Below, in pieces: positions 48,235 through 55,858 of a DNA stretch of 64,000 nucleotides. The notes beneath the pieces are model-generated. The model was not told the origin of the DNA. It ran no database searches and saw nothing but the letters and a program-made list of their open reading frames with translations. The translations under genes were made by a program, and so were the position numbers. The stretch is taken from sequence record MG752970.1, one strand, 5' to 3'. Position 1 is the first letter of the stretch; each line of letters starts with the position of its first letter.

Positions 48235-48500
48235 CGCCCAATCTTTGGATTACGTGGCATCTTACGTGTGGCGTCGTTTACTTCTTTTGCGTCCACCTTA
48301 GCGATGTCATCAAACATCTTTTCGATGTTATCAACGATCTTGATGGTCATATATTCCGGCATCGTAAGAATATCGCGGATATAATAGGAATAATCAACTT
48401 GCCACTTATGCAGTTGAGTTCCGCGGAAATTGTCATTAAATTTGTGGGTCAAATTAGCGAACTTGCGGTTTAGATCGTTAATAAGTGTACGTTGGTACAT
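48231..48500 (-). CDS. hypothetical protein
   Basis: GGAG RBS; ATGA overlap. Confidence 0.55.
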   Translation of the reverse strand: MYQRTLINDLNRKFANLTHKFNDNFRGTQLHKWQVDYSYYIRDILTMPEYMTIKIVDNIEKMFDDIAKVDAKEVNDATRKMPRNPKIGR

Positions 48501-48583
48501 GAAAACTCCTGTTGTTAACTAGGTGAAAATATTTAAAGTGATGGAAGTGTTGATGAAGGGATACCTTAGCATCCCCTCACGTG

Positions 48584-49270
48584 TTACGGCAGATGTTTGA
48601 GAATTGTTTTAATTAGAGGATTGCGCACAACATCATTTTCGTGGAATTGGACAACTTGAATTTCTGATGTCTTTCCTAGAAGAGCGTTGGCTGCCGGTGC
48701 GAAACCTGAATCGCCTGGTTTTGGTAAGTCGATTTGGTTTTCGTCGCCGTTAATGCACATATACGAATTCTCACCAAGACGTGTTGTGATTAGCTTAACA
48801 CCTTTACGTGTAAGATTTTGTGCTTCGTCAACGATGATGAACGCGTCCTGTAGTGTCATACCACGTAGATACGCAGCCGGAATAAATTTGATTTTTCCGG
48901 ATTTAATTAGATCTTCGGTCTTCATTGGACCAATGTGTTGAATGAAGTTTTGACGTAGTGCTTCAAAATATGGTCGTGTTTTTTCGTCAATCTCACCAGG
49001 TAGATAACCTAGCTTTTCATCAGCAGCCTCGATGATAGGTTTTGTGATGATGATTTGCTGAACATCCTTTTCAATTAGATGTTGAAGAGCAATGTAGGTG
49101 GCAATGTAGGTTTTACCGACACCTGCAGGTCCTAAACAAAATGTAATTGTTGCTTCGTTGAGAGTTTGTGCGTAGTATTCCTGTGCTGCAGTTCGGAATT
49201 TGAGAGGTTTAAGGAAGAGGGCGTTTGATTCTTTTGCTGGTGCTGGGTACTTCTGTATTTTCTTCGCCAT
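48584..49270 (-). CDS. phoH: PhoH family ATPase
   Basis: GPAGVGKT, LGYLPG, YLRGMT, IVDEAQN, TRLGE, GDxxQxDL, DVVRNPLI. Start reassigned to MAKKIQK. Confidence 0.93.
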   Translation of the reverse strand: MAKKIQKYPAPAKESNALFLKPLKFRTAAQEYYAQTLNEATITFCLGPAGVGKTYIATYIALQHLIEKDVQQIIITKPIIEAADEKLGYLPGEIDEKTRPYFEALRQNFIQHIGPMKTEDLIKSGKIKFIPAAYLRGMTLQDAFIIVDEAQNLTRKGVKLITTRLGENSYMCINGDENQIDLPKPGDSGFAPAANALLGKTSEIQVVQFHENDVVRNPLIKTILKHLP

Positions 49271-49327
49271 TAAATCAGTCCTACTAAAATGAGATTGAAC
49301 GTATGAATATGTTTTATAGACCGAAAA

Positions 49328-49349
49328 AAGGAGCGTAATTACGCTCCTT
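49328..49349 (-). terminator. rho-independent terminator (perfect palindrome)
   Basis: AAGGAGCGTAATTACGCTCCTT with a T tract on the - strand. Confidence 0.75.
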
Positions 49350-49689
49350 GACCCTCGGTAGCCCACGCAATCCATGCTGCAGCATCCATGGTTGGATTGA
49401 AGCATGTATTCGTTTCTTCAAGCTCATGGATCTTGCCAATGAAGAATTTAGCAACATCCACAATTTCCTTCTTGCTTAGTTCCTTAACGGCGTCAATCAT
49501 TTCCTTAGTTGGATTGTGACCGTCTAGATCAATGCTGAAGGATTTGCTATCCTTAATGAGTTGCATAAGGTTAGCCAGAATATAGACCTCAACTGTAGGA
49601 TCGGTGAGGCCGTCATTCTTTACGATCTTCTGAAGTGTCAGCATGACATGAGGCATGAGAGATTCTGCGAATAGCTCTCTAAACTTCAT
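49339..49689 (-). CDS. putative internal head protein
   Basis: N-terminus MKFRELFAE resembles the T4 capsid-targeting sequence. Confidence 0.5.
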   Translation of the reverse strand: MKFRELFAESLMPHVMLTLQKIVKNDGLTDPTVEVYILANLMQLIKDSKSFSIDLDGHNPTKEMIDAVKELSKKEIVDVAKFFIGKIHELEETNTCFNPTMDAAAWIAWATEGQGA

Positions 49690-49690
49690 A

Positions 49691-50218
49691 TCAGATGTCC
49701 TTTAGATCTAGATCGTCGTCATCGACTGAAGGTGCTTTTGGTTCCTTCTTATCGTCCTTGTCCTTCTTATCTGCATCATCGTCATCATGCTTCTTGTGAT
49801 GTGGATGCTTCTTTTTCTTGCCATCGGCGTCTAGATCATCATCTGATCCTTCACCTTGGTTTACTAGATCGCGAACTTGATCTCCATCTAGATAGCCCTG
49901 TTCTAGCATTGCGTCTAGAAGAGCCTCTGCATCGACTTCAGTTCCATCGCGTTGTAGATCTAGCAGAACTTCAAGAGCATCTTTGGTTAGAACAACAGTT
50001 TCTGGCTTTTCTTTCTTGCCATCCTTGTCGTCTTTCTTGTGATCCTTCTTCTTGTCGCCCTTATCATCTTTGTCGTCTTTGTCGGTCTTATCATCACCGC
50101 CATCGCCCTTGGCGCCTGGATCCAAATCATCTAGACCGGTATCTAGGTCAAGACCATCTAGATCTAGTGAATCATCAGCTTCACGCAGAGCTAGTAGTTC
50201 TTTCATTTGCTTTAGCAT
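49691..50218 (-). CDS. highly charged D/K-rich late protein (possible prohead core protein)
   Basis: Start at 50218 (GAGGA RBS); MLKQMKELLALRE; late motif at 50273-50280. Confidence 0.55.
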   Translation of the reverse strand: MLKQMKELLALREADDSLDLDGLDLDTGLDDLDPGAKGDGGDDKTDKDDKDDKGDKKKDHKKDDKDGKKEKPETVVLTKDALEVLLDLQRDGTEVDAEALLDAMLEQGYLDGDQVRDLVNQGEGSDDDLDADGKKKKHPHHKKHDDDDADKKDKDDKKEPKAPSVDDDDLDLKDI

Positions 50219-50272
50219 TATTAATCCTCGAGGTTTAATTGGGACGACTTCCATCGCCCCAGTACGTAGAAC

Positions 50273-50280
50273 TATTTATT
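50273..50280 (-). promoter_or_regulatory. T4-like late promoter (AATAAATA)
   Basis: Overlaps the clpP stop; upstream of 50218. Confidence 0.5.
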
Positions 50281-50941
50281 GTTCGTCTGTAGCAGAAACC
50301 TTTGTGGTTTTCTTCTTGGCTACTTTCTTTGCGGCAGGTTTTACGTTATCTGTAGTTCCTTGGCCGCTTTTGTCTACGTAAGTATCCACGATTTTGTCGC
50401 AAAGACCGTATTTTAGACATTCCTTTGGTTCTAACCAGCGATCTGATGGTCCTAGAAGAATATCCTTAACTTGCTTTGCTGTCATATTGGTGTTTCTGGT
50501 ATAGTGCTCGATAAATTGATTTTCGAGAATTTGAACCATTCTATTTCCAGCGATGAGCTCATGTTGCTTACCAAACATACCGGTGGTAAACTGATGGGTC
50601 ATGACAAGGCAATTCTTTGTCATTAGACGCATTCCTCTGGTGCCGGCGATAAAGATGCTAACACCCATAGATGCGATGCATCCGATAGCAACAGTTTGAA
50701 TCTGATGTGGATTTGATTCCATCAAACTGATAATTGCATTTCCATCGTCCACATTGCCACCTGGGCTGTTGATGAACATGGTTAGAATTTCATCTGGATT
50801 GTAGATAAGTGCACTCTTTAGGAGCCAGTGAGATGTCTCATAGGCCGACTGTTCGTCGATTGCACCGTAAAGAAGATGAGTTCCCAGAGAATTAAGACTT
50901 AATGCATCTAGGGATAGGGTTTGTGGAACAGATTCTGCCAT
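50276..50941 (-). CDS. clpP: ClpP serine protease proteolytic subunit
   Basis: INSPGG, CIASMG (catalytic Ser), MTHQ (His), DRWL (Asp), YGLCDKI. Confidence 0.92.
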   Translation of the reverse strand: MAESVPQTLSLDALSLNSLGTHLLYGAIDEQSAYETSHWLLKSALIYNPDEILTMFINSPGGNVDDGNAIISLMESNPHQIQTVAIGCIASMGVSIFIAGTRGMRLMTKNCLVMTHQFTTGMFGKQHELIAGNRMVQILENQFIEHYTRNTNMTAKQVKDILLGPSDRWLEPKECLKYGLCDKIVDTYVDKSGQGTTDNVKPAAKKVAKKKTTKVSATDEQ

Positions 50942-50961
50942 ATTGATTCCTTATGGTGTAG

Positions 50962-51243
50962 TTATGATGCTAACTCTTGTGACATGTGGGACGCTAGTTT
51001 CTTTATCGTTAGAGGAAGAATCTTTATACCCGGCATTTGAGTTACTTCTTGGAAGGATATTACGTGATAGCGGCCTTGCAGCTGCTCTAATGAATGACCT
51101 GTTTCTTCTGCATAATGCGCAAGAAACATTTCAAATTGATTTGGCTCATCGTCTACGATATAGACCTCTCTAGCTTTGGCATCTAAAATGAAGATAACTC
51201 CATCACTATGGGAATATTCTAGAAGAGTCTTTAAAAGTGTCAT
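50962..51243 (-). CDS. putative internal head protein
   Basis: N-terminus MTLLKTLLE; downstream of a late motif. Confidence 0.45.
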   Translation of the reverse strand: MTLLKTLLEYSHSDGVIFILDAKAREVYIVDDEPNQFEMFLAHYAEETGHSLEQLQGRYHVISFQEVTQMPGIKILPLTIKKLASHMSQELAS

Positions 51244-51245
51244 GC

Positions 51246-51785
51246 TTATTTTCTGAGTAGATTGCAGAAATAAATTCGGCTGTAATTCGATGTTTCATCG
51301 GAACCTATCATCATGATAGGCTTGTTATGATCTCCAGTAACGAAACTTAGTTTAATTTCACCAAGTAAACTGTCTTCTTGATGAACTCTAAACGGATTTC
51401 TTTTACCTTCTGCAATCAAACTATTTGCCTCTTCCTTGAAGATTTCTAATGCTTTAGACATTAGCTGTTTCTTCAGAGAATTTCTAGTATCTTTATCTAA
51501 TGCTCCAGCCAACTTTACAGAAAGGTTTACTGAGCATCGCTTTCCTGATTTATTTATGACGTACTGGGAGTCATCTACTTTTGATGAAAAGAGCATATTT
51601 GGTCTCTTTTCCTTCAGCTCATCGTCTTTTACGTCCTTGACTTGTTTAACTATTGATTGCCATTCTTCCTTGAGGCGTGACTTGATCTTAGAAACGAGCT
51701 CATCATGCTCATCTCTTTCATAGTCTAGGAAACGCAGAGCTTCAGCTGCACGGGCTTTTTCAAATAGAATTTCAGTTACTTTCAT
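51246..51785 (-). CDS. putative internal head protein
   Basis: N-terminus MKVTEILFE; late motif at 51813-51820. Confidence 0.5.
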   Translation of the reverse strand: MKVTEILFEKARAAEALRFLDYERDEHDELVSKIKSRLKEEWQSIVKQVKDVKDDELKEKRPNMLFSSKVDDSQYVINKSGKRCSVNLSVKLAGALDKDTRNSLKKQLMSKALEIFKEEANSLIAEGKRNPFRVHQEDSLLGEIKLSFVTGDHNKPIMMIGSDETSNYSRIYFCNLLRK

Positions 51786-51812
51786 GTTTGACCATGTATA
51801 AGAATCATGGTC

Positions 51813-51820
51813 TATTTATC
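51813..51820 (-). promoter_or_regulatory. T4-like late promoter (GATAAATA)
   Basis: Right after the tmRNA terminator. Confidence 0.6.
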
Positions 51821-51844
51821 ACCATTCTTCTATCCCGGAGCATG

Positions 51845-51869
51845 AAAAAGGGTAGATTGCTCTACCCTT
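51845..51869 (-). terminator. rho-independent terminator closing the tmRNA gene
   Basis: On the - strand: AAGGGTAGA-GCAA-TCTACCCTTTTT. Confidence 0.85.
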
Positions 51870-52120
51870 CTGTCAACTATTCTGTTGCTAAGTCAGTGAC
51901 CAACTCCAGCAGACCTTTAGCTCAGGCTGCTACGGCGTAACGTGAATCGTTAGCGTTTAGTTTAATTTGCTTTTAACGTCTACTCCTGACGATAATCTCC
52001 AGCTTCGTACTTGTCTGCCAATCGATACCATGACCACCCCATGAAAATTAAATGGGTGGAGTGGGCGGGAGTCGAACCCGCGTCTTGTTCAGCTTTTCTG
52101 TTGCTATCAACGACTATTCT
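51870..52120 (-). ncRNA. ssrA: circularly permuted (two-piece) tmRNA
   Basis: Acceptor piece comes first: T-arm GCGGG-TTCGACT-CCCGC (52081-52065), then CCACTCC-A (52064-52057). A 16-nt spacer follows. The coding piece starts GGGGTGG at 52040, giving a 7-bp acceptor stem with a G3.U70 pair. Tag ORF 51954-51922 = ANDSRYAVAA*. Outer ends are approximate. Confidence 0.92.
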
Positions 52121-52375
52121 TTACTTAAGCAGAAAATCAAAGTAATACGAATTGATCGCATCCTTTAATTTTCGCTTTGCAAATAACGCATTGCCATTAC
52201 TTCCAACTACCTGGAATTTACCATCTCTGGCCTTAGACAGCCATAATGTTTTGGCAATGTCAATTGGCTGAGGAACGTTTGTTTGCGTAACCTCATAGAT
52301 GGCTGCAACTACCTCACCTTCTTCCAACTTTTCAGAGGCGAATATCGATAGTGCAGCTGATAGTGTAGAATTCAT
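52121..52375 (-). CDS. hypothetical protein
   Basis: ORF immediately upstream of the tmRNA. Confidence 0.5.
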   Translation of the reverse strand: MNSTLSAALSIFASEKLEEGEVVAAIYEVTQTNVPQPIDIAKTLWLSKARDGKFQVVGSNGNALFAKRKLKDAINSYYFDFLLK

Positions 52376-52434
52376 ACCAGTGATGCCCAGATGATTTCAA
52401 TCGATACGGATGATAGCTACATCATCCGTCAATT

Positions 52435-52650
52435 TTATTCACTCTGGTCCTCTTCTAGATCATCCTCATCGTCATAATCATCGTAGTCGTCCATCGCTTC
52501 GTCTTCACGAATCTGATTCAGATACTGCTTGAATCCAGCTTTCGCGAGCCGATTGTCACGAGCTTCGAAGTTTTCCTTAACGTTAAACTTCTTCTTGCCC
52601 GAGCGTTGTTGACGGGATTCTTTTGTGAGATAATCTTCTTGCTTAGCCAT
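52435..52650 (-). CDS. small charged hypothetical protein
   Basis: Basic N-terminus, acidic C-terminus. Confidence 0.55.
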   Translation of the reverse strand: MAKQEDYLTKESRQQRSGKKKFNVKENFEARDNRLAKAGFKQYLNQIREDEAMDDYDDYDDEDDLEEDQSE

Positions 52651-52697
52651 ACAAATGTAAAATGAGTTGTTTCTCTTTCGTATTTATCGATTATACG

Positions 52698-53201
52698 TCA
52701 GGGAAGCTTCCAAAGAACCTTTTCGATGCTATTGTCAATTTCATCATCGATGATTTTCTCGATGATGTTCCAATCCCCATTGGCCAACCCGGCGCCAATA
52801 AGTGGGAAGTTGAGAACCTTGTCGTAAACGACTTCTGGGAATTCGGTGTTCCAATTCAAAATCATTTTGTTGATTTTCTTGAAACATTTTCGTAGACCAT
52901 CATAGTCGACATATACGACATTCTTGTCTGCACCATAAAATTCCTGGGTGATCGCGTTGAACACAATTCCCCATGAATCAGAAAGTTCCACAGAAATTAC
53001 ATCGCCAACTTTCAAGCCTTGAAGCAAATATGCTCGCCGGTAGTCCTTCCACACCGTTGGATATTCTCGACGGAATTCACCGGCGATGCCGCGGCCCATT
53101 GCTCCTTGCGCATTGCAGCCGTGAACGTAGAATTCCCGTCGACCGTATAGATCATTTTCGGCAATGGCTTCTACCATATTGCCGTATACGGTATGAATCA
53201 T
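52698..53201 (-). CDS. macro domain protein (ADP-ribose processing, TARG1/DarG-like)
   Basis: VHGCNAQGAMGRGIA...FPLIGAGLANGDW. Confidence 0.88.
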   Translation of the reverse strand: MIHTVYGNMVEAIAENDLYGRREFYVHGCNAQGAMGRGIAGEFRREYPTVWKDYRRAYLLQGLKVGDVISVELSDSWGIVFNAITQEFYGADKNVVYVDYDGLRKCFKKINKMILNWNTEFPEVVYDKVLNFPLIGAGLANGDWNIIEKIIDDEIDNSIEKVLWKLP

Positions 53202-53701
53202 CGAACCACCTTAATTTCTGGAAATTGATTGGTGTAGACGCAGTGTTCGAGATGCTTTGCAAATTCCCGCATTGCATCTGGATTCTTTACATCTGCAAAA
53301 TCGGATGCAATGAGTGATGTTACAAAATAGATCACATTCACTACCAAAGGCAGCGATGGTTCGTATTGAATTTCGTATCCATCACCATTTTGGAACTTTT
53401 CATCGACTCGTTCGCGTCCTGTCTTGGTGTTGAAGTTGTTACCATCGCAGACTTCGTAGCAGAATCGAAGAACTTTCTGTTCTGGGTCCACATCGAAACG
53501 GAATGCAATACCACGGAGCGGGTCATAGTCGACGGTTATCTTGCTTAGCTCTAGTTGCTGATTCGGACCAAAACAGAAAGAATCTGGTCGAAGAATGATT
53601 TGAGATGGCCGTAGGTAGCGGTAAACTGAAAATGGTCCCATTTTATTTTGCGAATTGAGGGAAAATGATTGGTTGTTGGTTGCCATTTCGGATAATGGCA
53701 A
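53198..53701 (-). CDS. hypothetical protein
   Basis: ORF track; true start may be the internal Met (about 53686). Confidence 0.5.
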   Translation of the reverse strand: MPLSEMATNNQSFSLNSQNKMGPFSVYRYLRPSQIILRPDSFCFGPNQQLELSKITVDYDPLRGIAFRFDVDPEQKVLRFCYEVCDGNNFNTKTGRERVDEKFQNGDGYEIQYEPSLPLVVNVIYFVTSLIASDFADVKNPDAMREFAKHLEHCVYTNQFPEIKVVR

Positions 53702-54434
53702 GTTTATTTTGAGTCAAAGATCGATCGACCAGTGAAGGTCCAACCTTTGCGGTGTAAATGCTGTTGTGCTTCATCAGCCACTTAAAGTGAGTCTTGGACA
53801 TTTTTCCATTTTCATCTACATGCGGTTCGCAGATAGACAAAATTTTGGAAAGGAGTTCTTTACTGAGTTCTCCCTTATGTTCCGTGACATTCATTTCACC
53901 ACGAATTTTCTTCAGGGTTTTCTTCAGATTGATGATGAAAAATTTCTGGTTCCGCTGTCGGCATTTCTTGACAAGAGAATTCAGTCGCGCTTTTTCTCCG
54001 TCATTCAAGATTAGCATCGACGTGTTGATGTCTGGATACAGCTCGGCAGCGCGAACAGAAACATCGACAAAATCCGCATCATGAGAAATTAGAAAAAAGT
54101 TCCGAGTTCCTTTACACAGATGCCACATCAGCTGCATGGCAATAACCTTGTCGACCGCTTCTTTACCAACAGCATCGAACATGATTACTTCTGCATCTGC
54201 TCCATATGTACTACTAAGACGCTCGTATTCTGCAGATTTAAGCAATCCACTGCAGGTTTTGACCACGTATACCTTGTCAATATTCTTGACCATGCGAAGA
54301 ACTGCTGTCTCAGCATTGGTAGAAATTCCGTCAGCATCAATGAACGCTACTGAATTTACGAACTGCGTAACATTCTTAGATTTGGACTTTGATTCAAATA
54401 CTGCTTTGATTTTAGAAAAGATCGTGGATATCAT
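53643..54434 (-). CDS. NYN (PIN-like, LabA/DUF88) domain putative ribonuclease
   Basis: FIDADG...GKEAVD...LISHDADF acidic motif set. Confidence 0.65.
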   Translation of the reverse strand: MISTIFSKIKAVFESKSKSKNVTQFVNSVAFIDADGISTNAETAVLRMVKNIDKVYVVKTCSGLLKSAEYERLSSTYGADAEVIMFDAVGKEAVDKVIAMQLMWHLCKGTRNFFLISHDADFVDVSVRAAELYPDINTSMLILNDGEKARLNSLVKKCRQRNQKFFIINLKKTLKKIRGEMNVTEHKGELSKELLSKILSICEPHVDENGKMSKTHFKWLMKHNSIYTAKVGPSLVDRSLTQNKLAIIRNGNQQPIIFPQFAK

Positions 54435-54497
54435 TCTTTTCTCAATGAAGCGTTAATCGATGTGACTATTGTATCTTCATCAAAGTCCTAAGAACAC

Positions 54498-55427
54498 TCA
54501 AACTGCGATCGGGAAATCAATCTTAGGAAGTGCCTCATATCCTAAAAGTTCAAAATCATCAACTACGTAATCGTAGATGGATTCTCTAGGATTCAGTTTT
54601 AGGATTGGGGAATCTGGTGCTTCTTCTCTAGAGAGATACTCATTGGTGGCATCGAACGCATTCTTGTAGACGTGACAGTGTGATGCGCTATGATACACGG
54701 TCTTTGGATTGAATCCACATTGCTGGGCGATCATGTACGTAAACAGTGTGGCAGTCCAAATGTTACCCATACCGACACCTATAGGATAATCGGCTGATCT
54801 CTGGAACAAGTGGCAACTCAGATCTTTCATTTCTCCATTTTCGTCCGGAGAGACGATAAATGAATAGAATGCATGACACGCCGGAAGAATCGCCATGTGG
54901 TTGGTGTCGGGTCTCCAGAATGTGAAGCATGCCTGTCTAGATTTAGGATTAGTCTTCAGGGTGTTGATTACGTAATCTAACTGATTGAAGCCACATTTTC
55001 CTTTTGCTGCAGAATAGAATGGGTTCCCAGATTCCATTTCTTTAGCATGATCAACAGTGTGGATATCCGCGCCAAAATGAATTAGATTGAAACCGTATAC
55101 GTATCCGGCTGATCCTTGTGGCAGATCATGTTTCTCTGTGAATTCGTCATTTTTCCATGGAGTCCATATTTTAGCACCCATGGCTTCTAGATCATTGATG
55201 CTATGACTGCCAGAAATATACCACAAAACTTCCTTGACGATGGATTTCCATGCTACCTTACGTTTAGTAAGAACAGGAACGCGTTCGCTGATATCATACT
55301 TGGTGCTGAGACCGAACAGAGCTCTAGTACCATGCCCTGTTCTATCTCCATCAATGTCGAAGCCCTCATTCATAATTCGAGCGAGGGCTTCGTCGTACTC
55401 ATACATCGTATATTTGGAATTCTTCAT
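54498..55427 (-). CDS. thyA: thymidylate synthase
   Basis: DRTGHGT, EVLWYISG, LPACH (catalytic Cys), QRSAD, HVYKN. Confidence 0.92.
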   Translation of the reverse strand: MKNSKYTMYEYDEALARIMNEGFDIDGDRTGHGTRALFGLSTKYDISERVPVLTKRKVAWKSIVKEVLWYISGSHSINDLEAMGAKIWTPWKNDEFTEKHDLPQGSAGYVYGFNLIHFGADIHTVDHAKEMESGNPFYSAAKGKCGFNQLDYVINTLKTNPKSRQACFTFWRPDTNHMAILPACHAFYSFIVSPDENGEMKDLSCHLFQRSADYPIGVGMGNIWTATLFTYMIAQQCGFNPKTVYHSASHCHVYKNAFDATNEYLSREEAPDSPILKLNPRESIYDYVVDDFELLGYEALPKIDFPIAV

Positions 55428-55731
55428 CTTCTACTTCTTGTCTTTCGAACCAGATTTCGTCTTTAATGTCGTCAAACCATACTTTATACGTTGGAACAGT
55501 TTCGCCTTTCAATAGAATTTGAAATTCATCTCCATACGATATACCAACTATGTCGTAGGTTTGGCGTTTAATGTTGTGTGTTACCTGAATTGGAAGAATG
55601 GAACTGTACAGCTTTTGGATTATTCTCAATCCTGTTCCATTTTCAATTAGAACATCTGCAATTTGTACTATGCCCTTTCTGTTCATGTTCATTATTTTTC
55701 TCCTCGATGAGCATGCTGATATAATCAGCAC
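55399..55731 (-). CDS. hypothetical protein
   Basis: Probable start at the internal MNMNRKG. Confidence 0.5.
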   Translation of the reverse strand: MLIISACSSRRKIMNMNRKGIVQIADVLIENGTGLRIIQKLYSSILPIQVTHNIKRQTYDIVGISYGDEFQILLKGETVPTYKVWFDDIKDEIWFERQEVEDEEFQIYDV

Positions 55732-55858
55732 AGCATCTGCATTGGTTACAGATGCTATTTACACCGACCAGAAATTCATCTAAACTTGAAGCTCCAGATT
55801 TTTCTAGGAGCTTCTGAACTTCGGACTCAGATACGTTATTGCAGATGCAAACGATCAT
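55643..55858 (-). CDS. bfd: Bfd-like [2Fe-2S] ferredoxin
   Basis: MIVCICNNVSE...CNQCRCC; Cx1C-x~31-Cx2C pattern. Confidence 0.75.
   Translation of the reverse strand: MIVCICNNVSESEVQKLLEKSGASSLDEFLVGVNSICNQCRCCADYISMLIEEKNNEHEQKGHSTNCRCSN

Noticed and set aside
49732-50381. + strand ORFs 49732-50238 and 50052-50381
   Set aside because: Antisense to the D/K-rich gene; low-complexity artefacts.
52057-52081. tRNA-like T-arm and acceptor end
   Set aside because: No anticodon arm; it is the acceptor piece of the permuted tmRNA.
52406-52429. 9-bp hairpin ACGGATGAT/ATCATCCGT upstream of the tmRNA unit
   Set aside because: No U tract and no other support; not called as a terminator or processing site.
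54498-55427. dCMP hydroxymethylase (T4 gp42-type) call
   Set aside because: The specificity residue is Asn, not Asp, and the N-terminus has the ThyA DRTG motif.
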